64,000 nt of DNA, taken from NCBI GenBank assembly GCA_032718475.1, contig JAUCBJ010009039.1, positions 33,885 through 97,884 on the forward strand. The letters are read 5' to 3'. Source of the DNA: Nemertoderma westbladi (taxonomy: Eukaryota; Animalia; Xenacoelomorpha). Every line of letters begins with the position of its first letter. The first letter of the stretch is position 1. The translations under genes and the position numbers were made by a program. Of this stretch, positions 1-12,426 are shown piece after piece. The notes below the pieces were generated by a model. That model saw only the letters and a list, made by a program, of their open reading frames with translations. It searched no databases and was not told where the DNA came from.

Positions 1-589
1 GTCCTGAGGGGGTACCCCCCCCCCCCCCCCCTTAAACCCCGTTGTATAAATGTATAACCCTAATATTGGGAGCAACTTTAAAAGTATACGTTTTTAGTAC
101 GCAGCTCCAGAGATACCCAAGGCAGACATGTTTATGTTTTTATATGTTTTAAAGAGACAATATGTGAGACAAATTATGTTCAGCACATAAACACTTACTT
201 AACAACATATTTATTTCGTCGCTGTAAACATGGGGTTTGACAATATGGGTTTTCTCAAAAAATATTACCGAACTCTGAAGGTTCCCTATTACTGGTAAAT
301 TAGTGGCACAAATTTACGAGACCATTCTGAAGATAATTTTATGTGATTTATATACAACCAATAATAAATGATGTGACCATATCATCTATAATATGGCAAA
401 GCTATTTGCCAAGAATGTAACTCACCAACTCCGAAAAAAACATTAAAATGTTGATCGTGAACTCAATTTTCGAGGTGCTATAAAAGTTGACGTGTTTATA
501 TTGCGTCACCACAATTTTAATACTTCCAAGGTACTCAACCATAAAATAAATCACATTTTAGATAAAAATCGACTGTTTGTTCCTCGCCG

Positions 590-1155
590 AGCCTAAAATC
601 ATTCGACTTTGGATAAGTTTGTAGACCGCGGAAAATGTAGCCGCGAGCCTAAACTACGCCCACTTTGGATAAGCTTGTAGACCGCGGAAAATGTAGCCCC
701 GAGCCTAAACTACGCCCACTTTGGATACAGCTTGTAGACCGCGGAAAATGTAGCCCCGAGCCTAAACTACGCCGACTTTGGATACAGCTTGTAGACCGCT
801 GAAAATGTAGCCCCGAGCCTAAACTACGCCGACTTTGGATAAGCTTGTAGACCGCGGAAAATGTAGCCCCAAGCCTAAACTACGCCGACTTTGGATAAGC
901 TTGTAGACCGCGGAAAATGTAGCCACAAGCCTAAACTACGCCGACTTTGGATAAACTTGTAGACCGCGGAAAATGTAGCCTCGAGCCTAAACTACGCCGA
1001 CTTTGGATAAACTTGTAGACCGCGGAAAATGTAGCCCCGAGCCTAAACTACGCCGACTTTGGATACACTTGTAGACCGCGGAAAATGTAGCCCCAAGCCT
1101 AAAAACTACGCCGACTTTGGATAAGCTTGTAGATCGCGGAAAATGTAGACTTTGG
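590..1155. repeat. Minisatellite, ~56-bp unit (ctttggataagcttgtagaccgcggaaaatgtagccccgagcctaaactacgccga), ~10 copies, in a MAU2 intron
   Basis: Directly visible tandem copies with small indels. Confidence 0.95.
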
Positions 1156-2241
1156 AAAAAATCACAGAAACTTCGCCCAAGATCTACAAAATGTATATCC
1201 AAAGTCTAAAATTCAGTTCTAGTTAGATACGTTGTACCCAAAGTCCACAACGACTAATAGTTTTCACATGTCTTTTCAAGATTTACAAAACAATTAAGAA
1301 TCCTTTTGGGGGTAATTATCAATTTTGTTATTGTGCACGGCACGTGGACTTACACTACCAGCTAACTGCAGTGCTGACAGCGGTGCGTTGAAGATTGCGA
1401 AATACCAAAAGTCATACGTGAGCGTGAATTATGAACTACTAAATTAATTTTAATGTAACTTTATGTTATTAATATTTTGGCAGTGTAATATAAAGTGATA
1501 ATAATATGCTAAAAATACGTTCGTCAAATTAAAACTTAAATTCAAACTTGCAATCCCCATACCATAAATTGGGATCGCGAGAGTGTTAACTGATAATCCC
1601 GATCGCAATCCCGGAAAATTCTGATACCGTTGAAACACTGATATATATATATTAGTGTTTAAACTGGATCCCGAAAAAAAAACCGGGATCCCGGCGAAAA
1701 ATGCAATCCCGGTCCCGATCCTGACTTTTTTGCACCGGGATCACAATGTATAGTTAAGTAAATTTGTAAAATATCTTATAAATTGTTCCAGCAGAACGGA
1801 AATGTTTCGATTATATCTGATATTTATGTCAGTAAACCACCATCCAGTAATCAATTGAAAAATAATTTTAATATAACTTATTATTATCTTACTAATATTT
1901 CAGAAGTGTAAGATAAAGTGAGTGTTACCGAAAACCCGCTACATATACTAAATAACTTTGAGGAATTTAATCCAAAATTGCAATCCCGATCCCGAAAAAC
2001 AGGACCCCGAGAGTGATAATTTTTTACTTGTAGACTTTGGGTGAATATTTGAGATTTACCTCAATAACTTTCCATAACCTGAATCACCTTATGTTTTATT
2101 AACTGATTCGTTTTCTGCACGAAAAAAGCTATCGAATGATATAAGACAGGGTGGGGATGGGGGGTGGTGGTCAAAATTCGCTGCGTATAACCGTCCTGGA
2201 CAGGCCCAAAGTACCGGTAGATTCTAAATGAATCGACTCAC

Positions 2242-2491
2242 CTTTCAGTTTCTCAATCTGCAACATGGCGCGTTCTGTATATTTTTGTGCTTTATCAATG
2301 TACCCTGCGTGCAGCGCGTGCGCTACTGTCGCTAGGTAGACCAACACGCACAGATGTTCCTTGGGTAACCAAGTGAACTCATCCAGGGGGGGTTGACCAC
2401 TGTTACAGGTAGACACAGAACCATCGTCTATAGTTGATAGGGTCTGTATGGACTGCTGTAAGTGCTTCAATGAAGTCTTTACCGATTTAAT
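2242..2491 (-). CDS. MAU2: MAU2 chromatid cohesion factor, coding exon 5 (gene continues beyond position 1)
   Basis: IKSVKTSLKHLQQSIQTLST...FTWLPKEHLCVLVYLATVAHALHAGYIDKAQKYTERAMLQIEKLK matches MAU2; acceptor cgtag|ATT, donor AAG|gtgagt; 250 nt. Confidence 0.93.
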
Positions 2492-2639
2492 CTACGGGAA
2501 TTATAGGATCGGAGAAATATGTTCAAATTAATTTATAAGCATTTAACATTTACTATATAGTTTATACTAAAATATTTCAGAGTGAGGAATAAAGTGACAT
2601 AAAGTTTCCCAAAACTGAAAACTTGACAACTTACAAATT

Positions 2640-3762
2640 CCCTACCCTCTACCACCGGCCCCTACCCTCTACCACCGGCCCCTACCCTCTACCACCGGCC
2701 CCTACCCTCTACCACCGACCCCTACCCTCTACCACCGACCCCTACCCTCTACCACCGACCCCTACCCTCTACCACCGGCCCCTACCCATACCCTCTACCA
2801 CCGACCCCTACCCTCTACCACCGACCCCTACCCCTACCCTCTACCACCGACCCCTACCATCTACCACCGGCCCCTACCCTCTACCACCGGCCCCTACCCT
2901 CTACCACCGACCCCTACCCTCTACCACCGGCCCCTACCCTCTACCACCGACCCCTACCCTCTACCACCGACCCCTACCCTCTACCACCGACCCCTACCCT
3001 CTACCACCGACCCCTACCCTATACCACCGACCCCTACCCTCTACCACCGACCCCTACCCTCTACCACCGACCCTACCCTCTACCACCGACCCCTACCCTC
3101 TACCACCGACCCCTATACCCTCTACCATCGACCCTACCCTCTACCACCGACCCCTACCCTCTACCACCGACCCCTATACCCTCTACCATCGACCCCTACC
3201 CTCTACCACCGGCCCCTACCCTCTACCACCGGCCCCTACCCTCTAGCACCGGCCCCTACCCCCTACCACCGACCCCTACCCCCTACCACCGACCCTACCC
3301 TCTACCACCGACCCCTACCCTCTACCACCGACCCCTATACCCTCTACCATCGACCCTACCCTCTACCACCGACCCCTACCCTCTACCACCGACCCCTATA
3401 CCCTCTACCATCGACCCCTACCCTCTACCACCGGCCCCTACCCTCTACCACCGGCCCCTACCCTCTAGCACCGGCCCCTACCCCCTACCACCGACCCCTA
3501 CCCTCTACCACCGACCCCTACCCTCTACCATCGACCCTTACCCTCTACCACCGGCCCCTACCCTCTACCACCGACCCCTACCCTCTACCACCGACCCCTA
3601 CCCTCTACCACCGGCTCCTACCCTCTACCACCGACCCCTACCCTCTACCACCGGCCCCTACCCTCTACCACCGGCCCCTACCCTCTACCACCGACCCCTA
3701 CCCTCTACCACCGACCCCTACCCTCTACCACCCAGGATTCTACGGCCCCTACCCTCTACCAC
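2640..3762. repeat. Minisatellite, 20-bp unit (cctaccctctaccaccgRcc), ~55 copies, filling most of MAU2 intron 4
   Basis: Directly visible tandem repeat; G-rich on the transcript sense (minus) strand. Confidence 0.97.
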
Positions 3763-3788
3763 CCATTCAGTATTTCCCCCCAACACAC

Positions 3789-3944
3789 CTGTCCCAGAAG
3801 AAGCATATGGCAGACTTGCACGAGAAGGAAATACACTTTAAGACTCTCCCATTTAACTGCGTGTACTTGTAGTTGGTCGAGTAACGTACCAGCGGTAACC
3901 AAAACCGATTGCACAGCAGACACCTTGCGCTCTATTAGCAGAAC
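3789..3944 (-). CDS. MAU2: MAU2 coding exon 4
   Basis: VLLIERK...WESLKVYFLLVQVCHMLLLGQ; acceptor cgcag|GTT, donor CAG|gtgtgt; 156 nt, phase 0/0. Confidence 0.92.
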
Positions 3945-4359
3945 CTGCGATGGAAAAAAACACGCATTCACTAAACAATTTATTCAACAAATAATTAGTA
4001 AATATGTCAGAAAGGCCAGAAAAAAACATTCTACACAAATCATTGGCAGCGTGATATAAAGTATACTGTTAAGTACGTTGCGATGAGGATGTCTAATAAA
4101 CGAAGGTCACACCGCAATGTCTTAAAAATATTTATGTACCGGTATATATAACAAACATTTTCTAAGTTTCGTTGGGCACAGCTTTGCAAAGTAGACAATG
4201 ACGTCCAGGTGGGATCGCTGAAAGGCGGCCACGGGCCAAGTACTGTTGGGTTGAGCACAGTGGCAGCATATGATGGTATTGACAGACGGGAGGCCATGAA
4301 CAGGTCAATTGCGAACATCCAAGATATCAGATAGTATTTCCAGGTCTATCTTTTACCTG

Positions 4360-4430
4360 AGCCGCTAGCTAAATGGTTAGAGCGTCAGACTTCCAACCCG
4401 GAGGTCACCAGTTCGATCCCACCTGGACGT
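4360..4430 (+). mobile_element. tRNA-derived SINE head or tRNA pseudogene
   Basis: A box (tagctaaatggt) and B box (agttcgatcc) present; acceptor stem does not pair. Confidence 0.6.
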
Positions 4431-4814
4431 CATTGCCGACTTTGCAAAAAGCTGTGCCCAACATAAAGTTATAATAATATGAAACCACTCATTCACCCAT
4501 AACATCAATAATAAATTATAAAACATTTTCTGTAATATATGTACCGCAGTGTTATGCATTTACTTCTGGCCAAAAGCAATCTCTAGAGAGAAATACATTT
4601 GAATGGGTTTTTAATATGAAAAAAAGTAATTAATATTGAACTTTTAATTGAGTGGTTGATAGGCATGCACACAGGGTGCGAAACTAGCATAGGCCTATTA
4701 TAGTCACATTCCTATATTCCTATTGGTCACATCCCTGGCCTAAAGTATACCTTTATATCTCGCTGCGAAAAAGAATTATATTGAACCGGTACGTGTATGA
4801 ATAAGGAAACGTAC

Positions 4815-5033
4815 CATAGCCCTACTGATAAGGAACAACGTGCGAGCGTAATGGGCGCCTACGCTGGAGGCGTAATCAGCAGCCACAGCTAGCAGATCGT
4901 CAGCCTGTTCGAAGTCCCGTTGGTCCAGATATAGCTGGGAGAGTTGGAGCAGCAGACGGAGGTGCCAGTAGGATGAGGAGCTACTCACGGTCAAGGCTTC
5001 CCGTAGCAGACATTGGGAAGCGCTTACTCGGCC
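4815..5033 (-). CDS. MAU2: MAU2 coding exon 3
   Basis: GRVSASQCLLREAL...YWHLRLLLQLSQL...YARTLFLISRAM; acceptor tccag|GGC, donor ATG|gtacgt; 219 nt. Confidence 0.92.
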
Positions 5034-5124
5034 CTGGAACAGTACCGGTAACAATGTTGGAAACACTACTTAACTACTTGTGTAGGTGCGAATCAATATT
5101 GCTTTAAACGTTAGTGAACATTAT

Positions 5125-6526
5125 TCCACGAAGCTAAGGAAAATCAACTACTTTTGCTAAGAAAGATTTTCCTTAGCTGAGATGGTGTATTCATAGTGGG
5201 CTATTTTACTTTGTGTGGGGCAGATTTGGTTTTTTTTTTATTCCGGCCAAAAAAACCGCCCAAACTTAATAGTACCCTGAAATTTTGCATATATATACTA
5301 CTCGCCAAGGCGCATCGTGTGGGATGGGTCTCATATCTGGGAAAAATATGGTTTCCATGGCAACATACGTAGAAAAAGTCTATGTATTTCAAGTCAATAC
5401 TTATAACTCTATTTGTAGGAAAACTCTAATAGATATAAACTTGGGGTTTCTCAACTCAACTATAAGGGCCATAAGCGAGCAGATTGGGGTAAATTAAAAA
5501 ATCCTGTTACCATGGCAACCAGGCTAAACAGATGATCAAATTTATAAAATGATAATTTGAAACACAAGTTAATAGTATTATGACTTGGGACCAAGACCTA
5601 CCCCCACTATATGACTTATTCTGCATCCGAATTACATTATTCTATTTTCAGTTTCCATAACAACCACTGCAAATGAATTTCGATAGAAAATCGGTAAATT
5701 GTACATAAACTACAATATTTTCTGAAACTCGTTATGTGTTATCTGAACCACAATCTGGACTAAATCTTTTTTCAAAGGTTAAACCAACAGTACCAGAGAA
5801 CTCTAGTTTCCATGGGAATAGAAGTTATTTATTGGCAAATGCCACTAAACTAGGCTAAGCAACGAACCAAAGTGTGGCCGTTTGTTTAATTTTCCTTAGC
5901 TTCGTGGTTGCATTTCCTTTAGGAAATGCCTTTCTAGTAGATAGTTACCATGGAAACTGGCTTTATTTAGTTTAAATCATTGAAGTCTATATGAATAACT
6001 CTATTTGTACTAAAACCATAATAGATAGAAACTTGAGGTTCTCAAATCAACTATACGGTTCATCACCGAGCCAACTGTGGTTATTCAGAAAATCCCATTA
6101 CCGTGGCAACAGGCTAAACATATGTTCAAATTTATATAATGATAATTTTAAGCATATGGTTAAGGTATTAAGACTTGGGACCAACACCTGCCCTCCCTCA
6201 CTATATCACTCATTCTGCATTGTTAAATTTCTGAGTTTCCATGACAACCACTGCAAGCAGACGTTTTAATAAATAAATAATTAATTTTGGACATCAACTA
6301 CTCAATGAAACTGCTTTGAAGTCGATATATGTTTCATCTGGAACCACAAACCAGACTTAATGTAAAATAGAGCAGTTCTAGAAAACTCCTGTTGCCATGG
6401 TAATGGGAGTTTAATTAAGGCAAATGCCCCTTATAATTAGGGAAAGCAATGAACTGATGAGTCAAAGTGTGTTTAATTTTCCTTAGCTTCGAGGTTGCTT
6501 TTCCTTTAGGAAATGCCTTTCTAGTA
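5125..6526. repeat. Intronic repeat element with a diverged ~590-bp tandem duplication and an inverted terminal motif
   Basis: ccacgaagctaaggaaaat (~5126) is inverted at ~5889; blocks ~5350-5937 and ~5940-6526 are diverged direct copies, both ending in ttcctttaggaaatgcctttctagta. Confidence 0.7.
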
Positions 6527-6811
6527 TCACGGGAAGTAATCTAAGTCACTATAAAAAAGTAATGTCGCCCACCGAAGGAAATTGATATCACTAAGGGTGT
6601 TTTTTTGGATTAATCGTTTTCTCAGTGTGAGAGCTGAAGAAAATGTATTGTAAAAAGATGACGACGGGTGGGTTTCGATTCCGAACCCGTGTAATGTACA
6701 GGGGACTAACGGACTGACTACACCTACTCCTACTGGGCTGGGAAATATTGCAATCGGAGAATCTTTAAAGGTAACGTCGTAAAACACAGAAGGACGGCTC
6801 AAACACTAATT

Positions 6812-7052
6812 TTTTTCCCGTCTTCCAGACGCTTTTAATATATAAAAATGTATCATACAGTACATACAATAAAAATAGAGTGGGAAATTCAAATTCAAAG
6901 TAAATAATTATCAACCCTTAGGCCTACAGTCTCATAGCCAACCCCCTGAGTCTGCGTTAGACAGGATGATCGACGTGTCGGCGACCTGGTGGACGGGGCG
7001 GTTACGGGCGGAGCGCGAACCCCGGAGACACATCAGGCTCGCCGACCAATCA
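6812..7052 (-). mobile_element. Short retroposed insertion with 15-bp TSD
   Basis: gctcaaacactaatt at 6797-6811 and 7053-7067; T-run at the left end (A tail on minus strand); GC-rich head. Confidence 0.65.
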
Positions 7053-7591
7053 GCTCAAACACTAATTGAAAGTATTATGGGAACCAAACGACTTTATTAT
7101 TTAATACTTTTATTTATTTGGGATCTATAAACTTGTGAACTCCACCGAGAAGCAAATATTTGAAGCATTGCTGTATTTTAGGTCTGTGTCGTTCTCGCTA
7201 TGTAGGCCTATGCACCAAGTTTTATTTTAGAGAAATTGAGAAAATTATATGACGAAGAAAACTGGTATATATACCCTTTAGTATTCTGACTGCTGAAATA
7301 ATCAGATAGCTAAATACAACTTCGGGCATTGAAACTGCAGGTTCTCTAGGTCTAGGCGCAGGTAGGTTGTGAAGGATCGGTGAATGGGCAAAGAATGGAA
7401 TGGAAGGAAAAGGAACCAAAACAGTAAACAAAAGTTAACAAAATATTATTTAAAAATTTTTCATTATTATTTTATATTATTTTTATATTATAATGTAATG
7501 TAAGACTGAATATCTATTTTATATGCGTGGTATATATATGGTACTACCGGTTAATGTTTAATAACGGTATATAGTAGGATATTAGGCCAAC

Positions 7592-7660
7592 CTGTTGTTG
7601 CTGAATACGGGCCAGTAGAGATGCCGCTTCCAGTCCATTGGCGATCTCCGAATCAACGAT
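7592..7660 (-). CDS. MAU2: MAU2 coding exon 2 (too short for the ORF track)
   Basis: ttcag|ATC...CAG|gttggc; 69 nt; IVDSEIANGLEAASLLARIQQQQ contains the MAU2 EAASLL motif. Confidence 0.88.
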
Positions 7661-7853
7661 CTGAAATTAAATGACAAAATGATAGCTATTCTCTTTTGCT
7701 TCACATATACGAAAACGCTGAGTCAATGGGTCATGTACAGTGAACACCTCTCCAACCAGACACTATACAGCATTGGATGTGTGGCTAGGGTACGGGATAG
7801 GCCTAGATGATGGGCTTCCCTTCCACGCCCCTTCTCTAAATGATGGAACTTAC

Positions 7854-8102
7854 CTTACTATTGATTACATACTTCCAGGCCTCTTCTAGATGATGTTTAC
7901 ACAGATCGATGTTTCTCGTGTTTTCGTGAAGCAGCAAGGCGAGATGTAAATGAGCCATGCAACTCGAACCAGGGGTACAATTTAATGTGGTAACAGTTTC
8001 CAAACAATGAATGGAAAGGCGTATGTGTTCTGGATGGAGGGTTCCTCTCAAACTATCAACCACCCCAAACAGACAGATAGCTGCATCATTGTCGTCAGCC
8101 AT
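7854..8102 (-). CDS. MAU2: MAU2 coding exon 1
   Basis: ATG at 8102; MADDNDAAICLFG...IRLSIHCL...HLHLALLLHENTRNIDLCKHHLEEAW resembles the MAU2 N-terminus; donor AAG|gtaagt; 249 nt. Confidence 0.9.
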
Positions 8103-8771
8103 CAAACAGTTTTAATTTACACACAACCGAATCTATACAACACCAAATACCAACTTCCCACTACGATGACAATAAAGTTCGTATGTTGTAAATTGCAGTA
8201 CCGGTATTAATCCAATGCATGCAGCACAGAGGCCACACCCAACATCTTTTCCTTAGATAATTGCAATCAAAAATAGACATCGCGATCGCGGTATATGACT
8301 TACAGTACAGCAGTACAAACACTGAATAAATATATATGCCAGGCCTATGGGCTATTTGAATAACTAACAATTGAATGGTAATAATAAGAAATAAGGCCTA
8401 ATACTGAAATAGGCTAATAATTCATTTAAAAAGTTTATTTTATCATACAGTCATAGGTCAACTGTCATGTCATAAAGACCTACGACATGACAGTCATAGC
8501 CTCATAGGTCTTTAGTTGTAAGAGTAGGCCTACTTCATACCGGTGTAACAGAGAATTTTCACTCCCGACTACCCGAAGCAAAAACACCCCCCGGTTGAAA
8601 TTCCCTAGTGTATTTTAACACCCTCCAGGCTCCAGCAGTCCAGTGAAAAATCACCCCCTGACTGCCTGATCCCCGCATTTGTCCATTTTCCACTCTCTCA
8701 GTCTCTGTGCAAATCCATCCTGCCATCCCCACCCCCGGTTAAATTTCCCTCTAGTGTCTGAGTGTATTCCG

Positions 8772-9708
8772 GTCCGACGAATCTGTACAAAATAGTACAA
8801 TATAGTACAAAAGAGTACAATAAAGTGCAAAAATAGTACAAAGGAGTGCAAAAATAGTACAAAAGAGTACAGACGAGTGAGAAACGCATACAAAGCGTGT
8901 ATACCAGTGTAGTCTACACTACACTACACTTTTATATAAATATAATTAATTGTAAGCAAATGCAACGGGACCGAAATATGCGCCGCTACAGTGTCAATCA
9001 CTAGCATGACTAGCGGCCTTGGTTCTGTGGTCAGTATGAAATGATTGCCTGAACTTTGATTCATGTAGATTTTGACTGGCTAACAATATATATCTAACAA
9101 GTAGAAATAGGCTACAGTTCGTATAATACAATAGGCCTATAACATATAATGCAATACTATGCAGTGCTGCACTCGCTGCAGTGGGTAGATAAAACTCCTA
9201 TAACTGAGACTCAAAATTTAGGTCATAGTCTTAAAGTAGCCCATATACTGGAAAGATAGACTGTATGCTACATTATGTAGGCTATGTATGTCTGTATGTA
9301 CGCCTCTATCTGCAACTTTATTGAGTTCTCCCTCTGCAATTTTGCGGTCTTGGGACCGTTTTTTGTGTTTTTTGAACACAAAGGGATGCATTAAAACTCA
9401 TAAGATTGTATTGTAATCGGAGTCTACTCTCTGACTGCTAGATCAGCCCCCGCTCAATGCATGGCTCGCCCCACAATTAGACAATGCTTTGTTTTATTTT
9501 GCACATCATGTGCGCCCCTCTAAACGATTTGAACTACACTTGGATAGGCCTACACGTTTTGCAAGCGTTTCTCACTCGTTTGTACTATTTTTGCACTCTT
9601 TTGTAATATTTTTGCACTTTATTGTACTCTTTTGTATTCTTTTGTACTACTGTACTATATTGTACTATTTTGTATTTTTTTGTACTTTTTTGTACAAATT
9701 CGTCGGAC
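8772..9708. mobile_element. Non-autonomous TIR (foldback-like) element whose ~115-140-bp inverted arms are built from ~10-bp subrepeats
   Basis: gtccgacgaat...gagtgagaaacgc (8772-8887) is inverted at 9566-9708. Confidence 0.8.
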
Positions 9709-11044
9709 AGCGCTCCGCCCCCTCAGCTGAGTGCCCCCCAGCAATGATGGTTTGTTGAAGGTGGCTGGGGGCCAGTGGATCTAGTAATAATTAACGCAAA
9801 GATATGATTAGGTAGGCCTACGTGATATTAGTTTCTCAAACCAAACCTATCCATCCATTGACGTCCAAATATATCCATACTACTGCTGTAGCCTACTGTA
9901 CTAATTCAGTAGGCCCCCTATGTCTGTATGTCCGTATGTAATAATGTACGCTGTAATGCAGTAATGCAATACCGGTAATGTCAATGTCCAACCAAACAAT
10001 GCGTTGAGTGTTATCGGACCAGCCTCCAAGAAATGTTAGGCTAACGGCACCTCGCTCTGTCGCATCAGTTTTTGTAGTGGTCTAGTTCAGTAGTTCCAGG
10101 CTACCAGAATCCGTTAGGCCTAGTGCATGATATAGAATCAGCACATCCTGACATCTGTGCAACTCCTGACACCTGAACTCACGCGAGCATTTTACAGTTT
10201 TACAGGTGGTGGTCTAATTTATATGGTCTTGTACCGCGAAACCCCGAAACCGTGTATTATTTACAGATGTAGGCTAAATTTCTGGTCTTGTACCGTGCAC
10301 AGTACAGCAGTACTGGTGGTGGTGGGCCTACCTACACAGCTACTGCTATTTTGCCTAATACTGTAATACAGGTCCCAGAGGTAAATCCTTACACCACGGG
10401 CTGTTACCTCTCTGACTGACAGCGCAACAGCCCTCTCTCCGTCACAATGTATTTTGAGAGTGGCGGTCCGAAACCCTAATTAAAGTGGAAATGGAGGCCC
10501 AAAACCTTAATTAAAACTGTCATGTAACCCCAACCTTAAATATTTTGGATCCAAATTCCATAAAATTTCTTACATTAGAGCATCGGGACTTTAAGGTTAG
10601 GCTATAGGGTTACTAATGACAGTTTTACTTAGGGTTTGGGCCTGAGTTTGAGTTGAGTTTGAGTTCAGTTTATTTATTCCTCAATAAAAACGAAATAATT
10701 CATGAGTAATTGCACAGCAGACTGTAATCTGCTGGGTACTGTGTGGGTGGTCCTCCACTATAGCAAATCGCTAGTTCAGCTTCGGAACACCCACATACCA
10801 TGGAGGAAAAGGGGTGTTTGTATATATTTTAGAACACATGACTAAGACCTAATGTAACTGTTGTTGACTGAAATTGTGGCAGTATAAATAGTATGTCAAA
10901 CATTAAAATATAATTGGCAAATGCAATGGTATGTAAAATCAGTTGTTGTGAGTGTATATATTATTACTGGTTTGTAAAAATATAAAATCGAGTTTGGCTG
11001 GTAATACTGATCTGAAATGAAATCTATGGCAGTATCTTGTAATT

Positions 11045-12426
11045 TTAAGAGATTTTGAGCAAGTAATTCTTAAGTTTTAATTTAAAGATATTCAGACTGG
11101 AGCTGCTACGGATATTTTGTGGCAAGGAGTTCCAGAGTAAAGGGCCTTGAACAGATACAGACTGGTGACGGACAATAAGACGGACATGTGGCAGGTGGTA
11201 CAGACCAGCGGTGGCAGAGCGGGTGTTGTAGGAGTGCACTGAAGAAGCCCTGGTGAACAAGTGGGAAAGAGGGTGGGAGGGGTTACTATGAATATCGTAC
11301 ATTAGTGAGAGGACCTGGAATTGGAAAAGTTGATCTATAGGTAGTATACGTAGTTGTTGGTAGATTGGAAAGGCGGAGGACCGGTAGTGGCTAAATGTAA
11401 TACATCGTAGAATTTTATTTAGTTTTGTTCGCAAAGGTTTGGTGATGGTATTGTAGGTGCCACCCCAGACAATGAGACCATAGTAGATGTATGGATATAT
11501 TAACGAGTAAAAGAGCATCCGTAAAATCTGTGGGCTGAGAATATGACGTAATTTATAGAAAAGACCTCCGGTTCTAGAGATCTTTTTAAGAATGTAGCTT
11601 ATGTGATTGCGGAATGTTAAATTATTGTCGATAATTATACCTAGGTACTTAAATGCAGATGTAAATTTTATTGGTTGACTATTAATGGATAGACCGTGAG
11701 ATTGAGATTGGAATCTGGAGTTTTTAAATATGGAGTATTCTGTCTTATCAATATTTAACGTTAGTCGGTTGTCACATAGCCAGTCATAGAGCAGGTTAGC
11801 GTCGTAATTCATGGAGTCGATTAGAGGAGTCAGATGGCGGTGTCGTCGCATGAGAGTGGTGTCATCGGCAAAGAGAGTCGCGAGGGAGGATGTGCAGTTA
11901 GGTAAGTCATTTATATAAAGAAGAAAAAGGACTGGCCCGAGAACCGACCCTTGTGGGATACCACATGAAATGGACCTGAGAGAGGATATAGTGTTATCTA
12001 TAGATACGCACTGCCTACGGTTGGTAAGATAATCAGAAAATAGTGAAAAGGGCGTGCCACGGATACCGTACATTTGTACTTTGCTAAGTAGGATAGAAAA
12101 ATTAAGCGTGTCGAACGCCTTTTTCAAATCAATTAGTAGTAAACAAGAAGAATCGTAATTATCAAGAGCTTCACGTAATGACTCTACAATGTTTATAACA
12201 GCCATGGACGTAGTGTATTTCTTACGAAAGCCGAACTGATTAGGGGAAATAATTTTAAATTTTTCCAGATAGGATATTAATTGAGAATATATAACAGATT
12301 CATAGATTTTATGAAATACTGAAAGTAAAGAGATGGGCCTATAGTTGGTAGTCAGGAAGGGGTCGCCACCTTTATAAACTGGAATAACTTTGGATACCTT
12401 AATAGAATTAGGAAAGTGGCCTTGAT
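11045..12426 (-). pseudogene. LINE reverse transcriptase domain (3' part of interrupted ORF2)
   Basis: Non-LTR RT motifs; removing the insert restores LINLSIN|QGHFP. Confidence 0.9.

Noticed and set aside
987-1202. 71-aa ORF
   Set aside because: Overlaps the 56-bp minisatellite; no recognisable domain
2623-3246. 207-aa proline-rich (extensin-like) ORF
   Set aside because: Translation of the 20-bp minisatellite, antisense within a MAU2 intron, non-ATG start
6450-6480. Other CTGATGA occurrences (~6454, ~25214, ~52257, ~62791) as hammerheads
   Set aside because: No stem II followed by GAAA and no closing stems
8651-9758. Hydrophobic ORFs at 8651-8893 and 9489-9758
   Set aside because: Translations of the inverted low-complexity arms of a TIR element
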